DNA of 64,000 nucleotides from Bacteroidetes bacterium UBA3022 (GTDB lineage Bacteria > Bacteroidota > Bacteroidia > Chitinophagales > BACL12), in NCBI GenBank assembly GCA_002346225.1, contig DDYY01000055.1, positions 20,986 through 84,985 of the forward strand. Reading direction: 5' to 3'. Under the pieces are notes generated by a model, which searched no databases, was not told where the DNA came from, and was given only the letters and a program-made list of their open reading frames with translations. A program made the translations under genes and the position numbers. Position 1 is the first letter of the stretch. Each line of letters begins with the position of its first letter. This document shows, piece after piece, positions 28,101-37,191 of the stretch.

Positions 28101-28470
28101 CACCTTTGAAACAGGTATCTTTTTTAATGAAGGGAATGGCCGCTATGTTTTCCGTCCCTTGCCCCTTGCTGCACAGTTCAGCCCCGTGCGTTGTGCTGCT
28201 GCCTTAGATGCCAACAAAGATGGTCAAATGGACCTGTTACTGGCAGGCAACAGAATGGATGTGCGCCCGGAAGTCGGTCGCATGGATGCCGGACAGGGCT
28301 TGCTACTCCGCAATATCGGAATGGGTTTGTTTACGCCGCTGCCATTTATTGAAAGCGGGGTTTTCCTGCCCGATGAGACTACAGCTATCAGCACTCTGCA
28401 TCTGGGAAAGGAACAATTTTTGTTGGTAGCGGGTATCCTTTATCCACTTACTATCGTTAAACCAAAATAA
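25189..28470 (+). CDS. CRTAC1 family protein (FG-GAP/VCBS repeats plus ASPIC/UnbV domain)
   Basis: 1093 aa with a signal peptide and many DINNDGW.D.. calcium-binding FG-GAP repeats. A central UnbV/ASPIC-like block is GAKVIVEGRSGKQFRELYPVRGYQSSMDYKLHFGLG. Confidence 0.88.
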   Translation: MFQRFILLLLTYNACFPLAELPAQQPDFKLLSPEKSGIDFINLLEEDSLRNVLNYQYLYNGGGVAAGDINNDGWCDLFFTGNAVPDQLYLNNGDGTFRNISTAAGINKNNGWSTGVAMADINNDGWLDIYVCRSGKFGTERRSNQLWMNNGNLTFTESAAAYGLDDDAQSTQAAFFDFDRDGDLDMFLLNHSVKQYSNFNVQELRNERDPKAGNKLYRNDGARFTDISAEAGIIGNPINFGLGVCITDIDNNGWPDIFCTSDYQEQDFLYLNLKNGTFAQVMQYATGHTSLFSMGTDFGDINNDGFVDFVVADMLPADNHRQKLLKGPQKYDAYQLGVNYGFHHQLMRNTLQLNNANGTFSEIGQLAGVQATDWSWAPLLADFNNDGFLDLYITNGYRRDFTNMDFLKYTYNEELNKAAAEGRTLSMLDLVNQMPSVKLSNYLYYNNGDLSYTDVTEKCGMHLPTFSNGAAYADLDNDGDLDVVVNNINETASIWINQSAGGFLTVQLKGPAFNPFGLGAKVIVEGRSGKQFRELYPVRGYQSSMDYKLHFGLGREFSVNVRIEWPDGQVQEVKQVRTQTHLVVDYADQSIQSNQPAPGLPVPLLEQKVLSNLNYSYAQNTYVDYKREPLLTWTFSNPGPDMASGDMNGDGITDVYISAAKGNSGLLLWGNKDGTLLPASTPPIAGPAPHDEAAVACFDADNDGDMDLLIAYGGNETALDSSNYLPVLLLNNGKGKFTAAPQQLPDIHISASCIRPCDMDGDGDLDLFIGAALLPGKYPLSTSSFLLENKGGFFEDITDRICPALRNAGMVTDAVWDDIDDNGFPDLLITGMWMPLRIFRQFDEGMSELIDNNGFSQYSGWWNCLLPFDADGDGDLDLLAGNTGTNFSYRASLEKPVQLYAKDFDGNGTIDPILCAYMGDTLFPMVSRDDLLDQINPLKKRFVRYASYADATMETIFPNVDLQSALLFRATTFETGIFFNEGNGRYVFRPLPLAAQFSPVRCAAALDANKDGQMDLLLAGNRMDVRPEVGRMDAGQGLLLRNIGMGLFTPLPFIESGVFLPDETTAISTLHLGKEQFLLVAGILYPLTIVKPK

Positions 28471-29777
28471 TGTTGCGACTGACGCTCTTTTTCCTCGGCC
28501 TGGTATCGCTTGTATCCAACAATCCGCTGATGGCGCAAGCAGACAACTGTCCCAATCATGCCGACCTCGCTATAGAAGCTATGGATCGGGTAACGGATGT
28601 AGTAGTGCACGATATTTTTACCCCGCCTGTCAGCAGTCGCATTTACGCTTACACCGCGCTCTCTGCGTATACCGCTTACGAATGGGCCGGCGGCAAAACC
28701 CCTTTTACAACAGCATTGAACGATTTTCCACCGGCAGAGCCTACGCTGATGCAAACAGACCATTGCCCTTCGCTGGTAATGCTGGGCGCCTTGTTTACCA
28801 CAGCCAGGGCTATGCTGTTCTCAGAGGAAATGCTTGATGCGCATCTGCATGAAATGGTGGAATCGCATTTTTCTTCCCTAGGTGCCGCAGACATCGAAAA
28901 AGCGCTGGCATACGGCAGTGCCATAGGGCAGCACATCAACCGCTGGTCGCAGGCAGATGGTTACCGCACCACGAGAGGACTGGATCGCTATACATTGGTA
29001 GATGAGGCGTATTCCTGGGAACCCACGCCACCGGACCACATGGATCCCGTTGAACCTTATTGGAATAAAATACGCCCTTTTGTGCTGGAATCCGCAGATC
29101 AGTGCAGACCACCGGCGCCAACACCTTTCGATACCGTTCCGGGCTCGCGTTTTTACGAAGAGGCCCTGGAAGTTTACCAGACCAGTAAATCGCTGACGAC
29201 GGATCAAAAAGCAACCGTTTGGTTCTGGGACGACAACCCTTTTGTTACTGTGCACGAAGGGCATCTGGTTTATGCCAAAAAGAAAGTATCTCCTGCCGGT
29301 CACTGGATGGGCATTACTACTATTGCCATTCGCCAAAGCAATGCCACATTGGAGAAAGCGCTTTTTTCCTATGCTATGGTAAGTGTGGGACTGGCGGACG
29401 CCTTCATTTCCTGTTGGGATGAAAAATACCGCAGCAACCTCATTCGGCCGGTTACCTATATCAATGCCTACATAGACCCTACATGGGAGCCCTATCTTCA
29501 AACGCCTCCCTTCCCCGAATACACCAGTGGCCACAGCGTCATTTCTTCATCTGCGTCCACTGTTTTAACAGCATTATTCGGCGATAATGTGACCTATACC
29601 GACAGCGTGGAAACCCTCTACGGGCTGGAGCCAAGGACCTACAATTCTTTTTTACACGCAGCTGACGAAGCAGCCTACAGCCGACTTTACGGTGGTATCC
29701 ACTATCGTCCGGGCATAGAAGTGGGTGTAAATCAAGGCAGAAAGGTAGCGCAATTGATAATTGCCAAATTCTTATAG
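28470..29777 (+). CDS. PAP2 superfamily / vanadium-dependent haloperoxidase-like protein
   Basis: 435 aa with a signal peptide. Acid-phosphatase/haloperoxidase motifs are K-YRSNLI-RP, YTSGHS and SRLYGGIHYRPG. The start overlaps the CRTAC1 stop by 1 nt (TAATG). Confidence 0.8.
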   Translation: MLRLTLFFLGLVSLVSNNPLMAQADNCPNHADLAIEAMDRVTDVVVHDIFTPPVSSRIYAYTALSAYTAYEWAGGKTPFTTALNDFPPAEPTLMQTDHCPSLVMLGALFTTARAMLFSEEMLDAHLHEMVESHFSSLGAADIEKALAYGSAIGQHINRWSQADGYRTTRGLDRYTLVDEAYSWEPTPPDHMDPVEPYWNKIRPFVLESADQCRPPAPTPFDTVPGSRFYEEALEVYQTSKSLTTDQKATVWFWDDNPFVTVHEGHLVYAKKKVSPAGHWMGITTIAIRQSNATLEKALFSYAMVSVGLADAFISCWDEKYRSNLIRPVTYINAYIDPTWEPYLQTPPFPEYTSGHSVISSSASTVLTALFGDNVTYTDSVETLYGLEPRTYNSFLHAADEAAYSRLYGGIHYRPGIEVGVNQGRKVAQLIIAKFL

Positions 29778-29894
29778 TGTTCACTATATTATTCAATGAG
29801 TGTTAAACAAGGCAAATTTTTTTGTTAGATTTTATATGAAATAGCGGATTTCGTTTAACTTTATTCCGATTTATTTTTAAAACAAAACATAGCT

Positions 29895-30641
29895 ATGAAA
29901 AAAGTTTTACTATTCTCTCTCGCACTGGTGGCCGTGGGGGCTTTAAGCGCTCAGGAGTACACCTTTACTTACAATGCCAACACAGGCACTGGTACTCTGG
30001 GTGCTGGTGCGGCAGCCAAAGTTTACATGCACAGTGGTGCCGGCGAACTCGGTCCCTGGGAAGCAGTTGTTGGAAACTGGGGCTCTGATGATGGCGTTGG
30101 TGAAATGACTGAAACTTCTGATGACATCTGGGAAATCACCCTGGATCCTGCTGTTTACTACGGTGACGTAGGATATGCCGGTCCGGTGCCTCCTCCTCAC
30201 ATTGGTATCGTTTTCCGCAATGAAGACGGAACACTGGAAGGAAAAGGTTACGACAATGATGGCGACGGAAACGCTGATGACATCTTCGCTGTGTACAACG
30301 AAACTACCAGCGCTTACGACATCACTTGCGACTGTCTGACTATCGAAGAAAAAGTAACACAAAGCATCGACAATAACATCGCTGCTATTTCTGATCTGAA
30401 CGTAGGTCCTAATCCTTTCGCTTCCAATGTAACTTTCCGTTACACTTTGGACAGGTCTGAAAATGTAATCATTGCAGTGTACAACATGATGGGTCAGGAA
30501 GTGGCTACTATCATCAATGAAACTCAGGTTGCTGGTGCTCAGGTTATTTCCTGGAATGGTGCTAATGTACCTGCCGGTAACTATATCGTTCGCATGACTG
30601 TTGGCAACCAAACTAATGCAGGCAGCATCGTGAAACTTTAA
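29895..30641 (+). CDS. T9SS type A sorting domain-containing protein with an N-terminal module shared with the adjacent GH13 (putative glucan-binding protein)
   Basis: 248 aa with a signal peptide. The C-terminal Por secretion tail is GPNPFASNVTFRYTL...YNMMGQEV...AGNYIVRMTVGNQ. The N-terminal ~115 aa aligns by eye with residues ~19-143 of the 30713 amylase. Confidence 0.75.
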   Translation: MKKVLLFSLALVAVGALSAQEYTFTYNANTGTGTLGAGAAAKVYMHSGAGELGPWEAVVGNWGSDDGVGEMTETSDDIWEITLDPAVYYGDVGYAGPVPPPHIGIVFRNEDGTLEGKGYDNDGDGNADDIFAVYNETTSAYDITCDCLTIEEKVTQSIDNNIAAISDLNVGPNPFASNVTFRYTLDRSENVIIAVYNMMGQEVATIINETQVAGAQVISWNGANVPAGNYIVRMTVGNQTNAGSIVKL

Positions 30642-30662
30642 TCTTCTTATCTTTTCTGAATG

Positions 30663-30691
30663 ACCCGTTCCCTCACAAGGAACGGGTTTTT
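30663..30691 (+). terminator. Rho-independent terminator after the small T9SS protein gene
   Basis: ACCCGTTCC-ctcacaa-GGAACGGGT followed by TTTT. Confidence 0.7.
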
Positions 30692-30712
30692 CATCTCATC
30701 AAATCCCAAACC

Positions 30713-33508
30713 ATGAAACTAAAAGTTCTTATCCCCCTGTTAATCGCTACAGCCTCTTCCATGGCACAAGTGGTGTACACTGATCCGGTATTTCCTACCC
30801 AGGACGGTACAGTGACTATCTACTTCGATGCCACCCAGGGAAACGGGGCACTTGATGGCGTTTCCCCGCCCATCTTTGCGCACACCGGTGTTGTTACCAA
30901 CGAAAGTGCTACACCCACCTCCTGGACCCTGGTGCAGGGCGTATGGGGCACTTATGATGAAGAAGTATTGATGACTGAAGAAGGTGACAACCTGTACAGT
31001 ATTACGTATAACATTAATGATTTCTACGGTGTTCCGACAGATGATACCGTCTACCGGATGGGTTTTGTTTTTCGCAACCAGACGGGATCCATTGTGGGCA
31101 GAAACGAAGACGGTTCCGACATTTTCATTGAAGTATACCAACCCGGCCTTAATGTTGCTATCCTCTCACCTTCCATTGAACCTTATATCGTGGAACCCGG
31201 AGAGAATGTCGACATTACCATAGCCAGTCTATCGGCTATCAGCATGGATTTATACGTCGATGATGTGTTGCTCGCAAGCACCGCCTCTGATTTTCTGGAA
31301 TATGTGTATCCGGCTGTCGATTTCGGTGAACACTGGATTAAAGCCGTAGTATTCGATGGTGTAGATATCCTCGTCGATTCCACTTCCTTCTATGTGCGCC
31401 CGCCGGTACCCATTGCAGCCTTACCCGCCGGTGTAGATCAGGGTATCAATTATATCGATGACAATACCGTAACACTCGTTCTCTATGCCCCATTTAAAGA
31501 TTATGTGTTTGCCATTGGTGACCACAGCAACTGGTTGCTGAACGATGATGTCTATATGAACCGCACACCCGATGGTAACTATTACTGGGTAACACTCAAT
31601 GGACTTACTGCTGGTGAAGAATATGCCTACCAGTACCTGATTGACGGAAACCTTCGCGTGGCAGATCCGTTGACTGAAAAGGTTCTCGACCCCAACAACG
31701 ACGCCTTTATCGGAGCCACCAAATACCCTGATTTGAAACCTTATCCTTTCGGTTTCACAACCGGAAATGTTTCTATCTTCCAAACCGCACAGGTACCCTA
31801 CAGCTGGGCCATTACCGACTTTGTACCCGATGATGTGGATGACCTGGTGGTGTATGAATTGCTGGTGCGCGACTTCCTGAGCGACAGAAGCTATATATCT
31901 CTTATCGATTCTCTGGAATACCTGGACCGCATGGGTATCAACGCCATTGAGCTGATGCCCATTATGGAATACGAAGGCAACGACAGCTGGGGTTACAACC
32001 CGAGCTTCTTCATAGCGCTTGATAAGTACTACGGTACCCGCGAAAAATTCAAGGAGTTTGTCGATTCCTGCCATGCCCGTGGAATTGCGGTTATCCTGGA
32101 TATCGCCATGAACCATGCCTTTGGACAAAGCCCGCTCGTGCAGATGTGGTGGGACGGTGCCGCCGGTGCGCCTTCGGCAGAAAACCCATACTTCAACCAA
32201 ATTCCCCGCCACGATTTTAATGTCGGCTTCGATTTCAACCACGATAGCCCGGCCACCATCTATCTGCGCAACCGGATATTCAAGTATTGGCTGGAAGAAT
32301 ACAATGTGGATGGTTACCGCTTCGACCTGTCAAAAGGATTCACCCAAAACAATACCCTCGGCGACGTGGGGGCCTGGGGGGCATACGATGCCAATCGCAT
32401 CCAGCTGTGGAAGAATGTTGCCGATACACTGTGGAATGTGAATCCTAATGCCATTCTCATCCTCGAGCATTTTGCCGACAATTCAGAAGAAAAAGAACTG
32501 GCCAATTACGGTCTGTTGCTGTGGGGAAATATGAACCACAACTACGGAGAGGCGGCAATGGGCTGGGGCAACGCAGCCGGAAATTCCAGTCTGTACTGGG
32601 CATCTTACAAGAACAGGGGATGGAACGATCCGCATGCCGTTGTCTATGCTGAAAGCCATGATGAAGAACGACTGATGTACAAGAACCTGGAGTTCGGTAA
32701 CTCCACCAACAGCGACCACGATTGTAAAGATCCATTCATAGCTCTGGAGAGAATGGAACAGACTGCCGTTTTTGTGTTTGCCATTCCCGGTCCGAAAATG
32801 ATGTGGCAGTTCGGTGAACTGGGATACGACTACAGCATCGACTTTGGTTGCCGCGTATGCCCCAAACCCGTTCGGTGGGATTACCTGGAAGAGTCCGGAC
32901 GCTATCGCCTCTATCAGGTGTACAGCGCCATGATCAATCTGAAAACGCAATACGATGCTTTCAGCACGGAAGACTTTAACCTGGATGTGGTAGGACCTAA
33001 AAAACGGGTGAACCTGAACGACCCGACTATGAATGTTACCATACTGGGTAACTTCCAGGTGGCAGGTGGCACCATCAATCCTTCCTTCCAGCATACCGGC
33101 TGGTGGTATGAATACTTCAGTGGTGATTCCATTTTTGTGGAAAATCCTACTGCCGAATTGTTCCTTGCAGAAGGTGCCTATCGCGTGTACACCGATGTGC
33201 GCCTGCAAACACCCGAGGTGATTGTAGACATTGCCGATTCTGAACTGGCAGAAGCGTTGGAGAACATCGCTGTATATCCCAACCCGTCATCCGATGTATT
33301 TAATTTTTCCTACACCATCCATGAAGCGGGTAACCTGCAGATGGATGTTTATAATATCAACGGAGAGCTGGTATACTCAGATGGATTTGCTGTAGCTCCG
33401 GGTTATCAGACCTATACATGGTCTGCTCAACAACTCGATGCCGGTGTCTACATGGTGCGTATGCAACACGGCGATTATGCTGAAGTGCTGCGTCTGATAG
33501 TGCAATAA
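30713..33508 (+). CDS. GH13 alpha-amylase family glycoside hydrolase with E-set/CBM48-like domain and T9SS type A C-terminal sorting domain
   Basis: 931 aa. GH13 regions present: AVILDIAMNHAF, VDGYRFDLSKGF, ILILEHF, VVYAESHDEERL. An E-set-like domain (VTLVLYAPFKDYVFAIGDHSNW) is upstream. The C-terminal tail is VYPNPSSDVFNFSY...AGVYMVRMQHGD. Confidence 0.92.
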   Translation: MKLKVLIPLLIATASSMAQVVYTDPVFPTQDGTVTIYFDATQGNGALDGVSPPIFAHTGVVTNESATPTSWTLVQGVWGTYDEEVLMTEEGDNLYSITYNINDFYGVPTDDTVYRMGFVFRNQTGSIVGRNEDGSDIFIEVYQPGLNVAILSPSIEPYIVEPGENVDITIASLSAISMDLYVDDVLLASTASDFLEYVYPAVDFGEHWIKAVVFDGVDILVDSTSFYVRPPVPIAALPAGVDQGINYIDDNTVTLVLYAPFKDYVFAIGDHSNWLLNDDVYMNRTPDGNYYWVTLNGLTAGEEYAYQYLIDGNLRVADPLTEKVLDPNNDAFIGATKYPDLKPYPFGFTTGNVSIFQTAQVPYSWAITDFVPDDVDDLVVYELLVRDFLSDRSYISLIDSLEYLDRMGINAIELMPIMEYEGNDSWGYNPSFFIALDKYYGTREKFKEFVDSCHARGIAVILDIAMNHAFGQSPLVQMWWDGAAGAPSAENPYFNQIPRHDFNVGFDFNHDSPATIYLRNRIFKYWLEEYNVDGYRFDLSKGFTQNNTLGDVGAWGAYDANRIQLWKNVADTLWNVNPNAILILEHFADNSEEKELANYGLLLWGNMNHNYGEAAMGWGNAAGNSSLYWASYKNRGWNDPHAVVYAESHDEERLMYKNLEFGNSTNSDHDCKDPFIALERMEQTAVFVFAIPGPKMMWQFGELGYDYSIDFGCRVCPKPVRWDYLEESGRYRLYQVYSAMINLKTQYDAFSTEDFNLDVVGPKKRVNLNDPTMNVTILGNFQVAGGTINPSFQHTGWWYEYFSGDSIFVENPTAELFLAEGAYRVYTDVRLQTPEVIVDIADSELAEALENIAVYPNPSSDVFNFSYTIHEAGNLQMDVYNINGELVYSDGFAVAPGYQTYTWSAQQLDAGVYMVRMQHGDYAEVLRLIVQ

Positions 33509-33530
33509 AAGATTATTATCATGCAATGAA

Positions 33531-33558
33531 AAGACCGCCTGAAAAGCGGTCTTTTTTT
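33531..33558 (+). terminator. Rho-independent terminator after the T9SS GH13 gene
   Basis: AAGACCGC-ctgaaaa-GCGGTCTT followed by a T-run. It abuts the stop of the convergent L,D-transpeptidase-like gene. Confidence 0.8.
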
Positions 33559-34255
33559 ATGGTGTTGTCTGTAAAAGATAGGGATGGGCGTCTTTGTCCA
33601 GCCATTGCAGTATGGTCATCATATCCTCTTCTGCCATTGCTGTGCATCCGGAGGTGGGAGCATTTTCTTTCTTCCAAATATGAAGAAATATACAGGAGCC
33701 ATTGCCCGGAACCACCGGTTCGGCATTGTAACCCACCCAAATACCCAACTTATATTGTTCATCCTTTCTCCGCATCTTTTCATGGCTGTTGTTCCGCGAT
33801 GCAAGGGCACTAACATGCTGATTGTAATCGGCTGAGAAAAGATCATCCACGCAAATATCATCTTCCTGCATGGTCCTGTATTCCATTTGTGTCGCAATAG
33901 AAGGTGCATAACCAAAAACAAACAACAGGGGGAATAATCCTGCAGGGCTGCATCCATCTCCTTCCTGCTTGACGCTTTTCAGGGTCAACTGCTGTTGCGA
34001 CCCTTCCGCTGCGGCAAGGCCGTTTCTCCCGATACTTACCCGGAAGGTATCCTTGCTGTGCCATTCGGCATCCATTCTTTCAAAACATACCAATTGACCG
34101 ACTGTATCGGAGGGATGTAATACCTGCACCCACAGCAACTGCGTACATTGCGGAGGAATATAATCAGGCGGTTGCCGGTCCTCGGTACTGTTGCTGTTGC
34201 AGGCCGAAAAGCTACACCATAATAATATTGCAGGAATCAGCGTTCTTTGTAACAT
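33557..34255 (-). CDS. L,D-transpeptidase catalytic domain family protein (YkuD-like), lipoprotein
   Basis: 232 aa with lipobox SFSAC. The catalytic-type motif is SCIFLHIWKKENAPTSGCTAM (His..Ser-x-Gly-Cys). Confidence 0.7.
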   Translation of the reverse strand: MLQRTLIPAILLWCSFSACNSNSTEDRQPPDYIPPQCTQLLWVQVLHPSDTVGQLVCFERMDAEWHSKDTFRVSIGRNGLAAAEGSQQQLTLKSVKQEGDGCSPAGLFPLLFVFGYAPSIATQMEYRTMQEDDICVDDLFSADYNQHVSALASRNNSHEKMRRKDEQYKLGIWVGYNAEPVVPGNGSCIFLHIWKKENAPTSGCTAMAEEDMMTILQWLDKDAHPYLLQTTP

Positions 34256-34302
34256 TATTCAGCAAAATACGCCAATTTTATACTTCCTAAACAAGAACCA
34301 CT

Positions 34303-35370
34303 ATGCGCCCATTATTCATGGCCCTGACCTTATTGCTGTGCATACGCCTGGAAGCACAGGTTAGCATCACTGTTGCCGACCTTCCACAGAACGGTGACCT
34401 CTACTATATCAGCAATGCCAATCCTTTCGAAGAGCTCGAGCTGGGCGTTACCGGCGCAGATATGCTCTGGAATTACGATTTCCTTTCTCCTATATTTCAG
34501 GATTCTTCGGTTTGGGTTGCACCGACCGAAACCAATCCCGCCTATTTTTTCCTGTGGTTCGATGCTGACATAGCAGAGGAGAGTGGACAAACCATCGACT
34601 CCGAGTTTTTTACACTGGAAGACCTCTACAATTTCTATAAAAAGACCACTTCTGAATTTTCAATAACCGGACAGGCGGGCACCATCACAGGAATTCCGCT
34701 CCCAATAGGTTTTGATGATAACGATAAGGTACTGGACCTGCCACTGAACTATGGTGATACCTACAGCTCTGCAGCGGGTTTCAATTTCGTTATTCCTGGA
34801 ATTGGCTCCTGGCAGGAAACCCGCAACCGGACTTGCGAAGTAGACGGTTGGGGCAGTATTACTACTCCACTCGACACGTATGAAGCACTGCGCGTGAAAT
34901 GTGTGGTTGATATTGAAGACATCTTTACCACCGACGGACTGGAAGTACCTGTAGCCTATACGACCAATGAATACCGCTGGATGTCACCTGATGAGGGAAT
35001 CCCGGTTCTTCAAATCAACACGCAAAGCATTTTGGGGCTGGAGACAGTAACAGCTGTTATTTATAAGGACACACTCATAATACCCACTTCTATCACCGCA
35101 CACAGCAACCTGAGCGGACTGTCACTGCAAACCAATATCATTCAAAATGGAACGCTGCAGCTAATCGCCGGCGGAGGGTCAGACAGAATGGTAAGCGCTT
35201 TTATTACCAATATGAACGGTCAACAGGTGAGTGAGGTGTACAACGGACATATCGCTCCCGGAACCAGTCTTTCCATTCCTGTTTCTTCTTTACCTTTCGG
35301 CATGTACCTGCTTGTGTGCCATCAGGAAAACGGAGTTGCACAGGTATTGCAGTTCATGGTGGCGGAATAA
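34303..35370 (+). CDS. Hypothetical secreted protein with T9SS type A C-terminal sorting domain
   Basis: 355 aa with a signal peptide. The C-terminal ~80 aa (NMNGQQVSEVYNG...LPFGMYLLVCHQENG) has the Por secretion tail pattern. I did not recognise the N-terminal region. Confidence 0.6.
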   Translation: MRPLFMALTLLLCIRLEAQVSITVADLPQNGDLYYISNANPFEELELGVTGADMLWNYDFLSPIFQDSSVWVAPTETNPAYFFLWFDADIAEESGQTIDSEFFTLEDLYNFYKKTTSEFSITGQAGTITGIPLPIGFDDNDKVLDLPLNYGDTYSSAAGFNFVIPGIGSWQETRNRTCEVDGWGSITTPLDTYEALRVKCVVDIEDIFTTDGLEVPVAYTTNEYRWMSPDEGIPVLQINTQSILGLETVTAVIYKDTLIIPTSITAHSNLSGLSLQTNIIQNGTLQLIAGGGSDRMVSAFITNMNGQQVSEVYNGHIAPGTSLSIPVSSLPFGMYLLVCHQENGVAQVLQFMVAE

Positions 35371-35761
35371 AAAAAACCGGAGACTTACGCCTCCGGTACC
35401 TATGAAAACAACCACTACTTAGAAGTCCTAATTTATTGCTAACCATTTGGCGGATGAAAACTCCACCTCAGCGTGCCTGAATGTTCGCAGTTAACTGCTG
35501 ACTATTCTTTCGGGGCACTTTCACCATATCCAACATAGGTTTTTTAAAAAGGTTTAAAAGCAGTGCAAAATTTTTTTTGGAGAATTGAATTTTGGGGGTG
35601 CTTTTTTCCGGAATAGTCCTGGACTTATCTCCTCCAAAAAGAAGGGAAATAGGGTTAACTTTTTCATTTTTAACTTGTTATACTTGTACTACCGCTATTT
35701 CGGTAGCATGTAGGTTTTGTATCACCCTTTGGCCTCAAAAAGTCGAAATCAATCGTAATCT

Positions 35762-36544
35762 ATGCTTGACATCATTTGGACATCTGCAGCATTGGTAGTC
35801 GGATTTGTAACCTTTGTTTGGTTGCTTTCTGTACTCAAGAAAGATATGAGCATTGTGGACATTGCCTGGGGTATGGGTTTTGTCGCGGTAGCTGTCTATC
35901 AGATTACCCGCCTGGATCCTATTCTGCCGCGCCAGTTCCTGGTGATGTACCTTGTTGGATTATGGGGCTTGCGGCTATCCGTATTTTTAGCCATCCGGAA
36001 CCTGGGTAAAGGCGTGGAAGACCCGCGCTATCAGGCTTTTCGGGCAGATTGGGGCGCCAATACGTGGTGGATTAGTTATTTCAAGGTTTTCCTGCTGCAG
36101 GGTGTGCTCATGCTCATTATTGTCGGACCGGTCCATGCGGTAGTGTTGGATGATGGGGGGAGTATTGGAGTGCTGGCGATCTTCGGTGTAATACTTTGGA
36201 TAATCGGTTTTCTCTTTGAATCAGTCGCCGACTGGCAGCTATATGCTTTCAAGCGAAATCCGGACAATAAGGGCAAGGTGATGAATCAGGGTTTATGGGG
36301 CTGGAGCCGGCATCCCAACTATTTTGGCGAAACCCTTGTCTGGTGGGGGTTAATGTGTATTGTGCTGGAAACATCGTATTGGTATCTCGGTGTACTTTCC
36401 GCCTTATTGATAACTTTTCTATTGCTTAAAGTTTCGGGAGTCACCATGTTGGAAGCCCGCTACGATGGCAACGACAAGTATGCAGCATACAAGCGGAATA
36501 CCAGCGCTTTTATCCCTCGTCCTCCCAAAAAATCTGCCGAATGA
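35762..36544 (+). CDS. DUF1295 family membrane protein (steroid 5-alpha-reductase/ICMT-like fold)
   Basis: 260 aa polytopic protein. SIVDIAWGMGF, ADWQLYAFKRNPDNKGKVMNQGLWGWSRHPNYFGE and a C-terminal GNDKYAAYKRNTSAFIP block are typical of DUF1295. Confidence 0.8.
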   Translation: MLDIIWTSAALVVGFVTFVWLLSVLKKDMSIVDIAWGMGFVAVAVYQITRLDPILPRQFLVMYLVGLWGLRLSVFLAIRNLGKGVEDPRYQAFRADWGANTWWISYFKVFLLQGVLMLIIVGPVHAVVLDDGGSIGVLAIFGVILWIIGFLFESVADWQLYAFKRNPDNKGKVMNQGLWGWSRHPNYFGETLVWWGLMCIVLETSYWYLGVLSALLITFLLLKVSGVTMLEARYDGNDKYAAYKRNTSAFIPRPPKKSAE

Positions 36545-37116
36545 AAGTAGGACTCTTTTTTGGCTCCTTTAATCCTATACATACCGGTCACCTCATTATT
36601 GCACAGCATTTTGTTTCCTGGTGCGATGTAGATCAGGTATGGTTGATTGTTTCTCCGCAAAACCCGTTTAAGGAAAAAGCTTCCTTACTGGACGAAAAAC
36701 ATCGGCTCTATATGGCTAATCTGGCGGTGGAAGATAATTATCAATTGCGCGCCTCCAATATAGAGTTCCACCTGCCCCGACCAAGCTATACCATTGATAC
36801 ACTTACCTATATGGAAGAGCAGTATCCCGATACTTCTTTTACCCTGCTCATGGGAAGTGATACCCTCTCCGGTATACACAAATGGAAAAACAGCGAAACC
36901 CTGTTGCAACGGTATCCCATCTATGTGTACGAAAGACCCGGTAGCAGCCCGGGTGATATCAAAGTAACGGGGAATATACAGTATACCAAGGCGCCCCTAC
37001 TGCAAATATCGGCCACCTTTATCCGCGATGCGATAGCGGCGGGAAAAGATATTCGCTACCTGGTGCCGGAAAAGGTATACAATTACATCGATGAGATGCA
37101 TTTCTATAAAGGATGA
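36541..37116 (+). CDS. nadD: Nicotinate-nucleotide adenylyltransferase
   Basis: 191 aa with GLFFGSFNPIHTGHL (HxGH nucleotidyltransferase motif) and ISATFIRD. It overlaps DUF1295 by 4 nt (ATGA). Confidence 0.92.
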   Translation: MKVGLFFGSFNPIHTGHLIIAQHFVSWCDVDQVWLIVSPQNPFKEKASLLDEKHRLYMANLAVEDNYQLRASNIEFHLPRPSYTIDTLTYMEEQYPDTSFTLLMGSDTLSGIHKWKNSETLLQRYPIYVYERPGSSPGDIKVTGNIQYTKAPLLQISATFIRDAIAAGKDIRYLVPEKVYNYIDEMHFYKG

Positions 37117-37123
37117 TAAGGAG

Positions 37124-37191
37124 TGTGGATAGGCCTTCCTGCGTGGTGGATAAGCCGGGTATTTTCCCACAAATTATTAAGTTTTTCCACC
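37124..37191. promoter_or_regulatory. Four DnaA-box-like 9-mers at ~20-bp spacing, with more TGTG(G/T)ATA motifs downstream
   Basis: TGTGGATAg (37124), gGTGGATAA (37145), TTtcCCACA (37163) and TTtTCCACc (37183), compared with the consensus TTATCCACA/TGTGGATAA. Function unproven. Confidence 0.3.

Noticed and set aside
35377-35396. Hairpin CCGGAG-N8-CTCCGG after the 34303..35370 gene as a terminator
   Set aside because: It is preceded by an A-run but has no T-run after it on the plus strand. There is no minus-strand gene upstream that it could terminate. The evidence is too weak to call.
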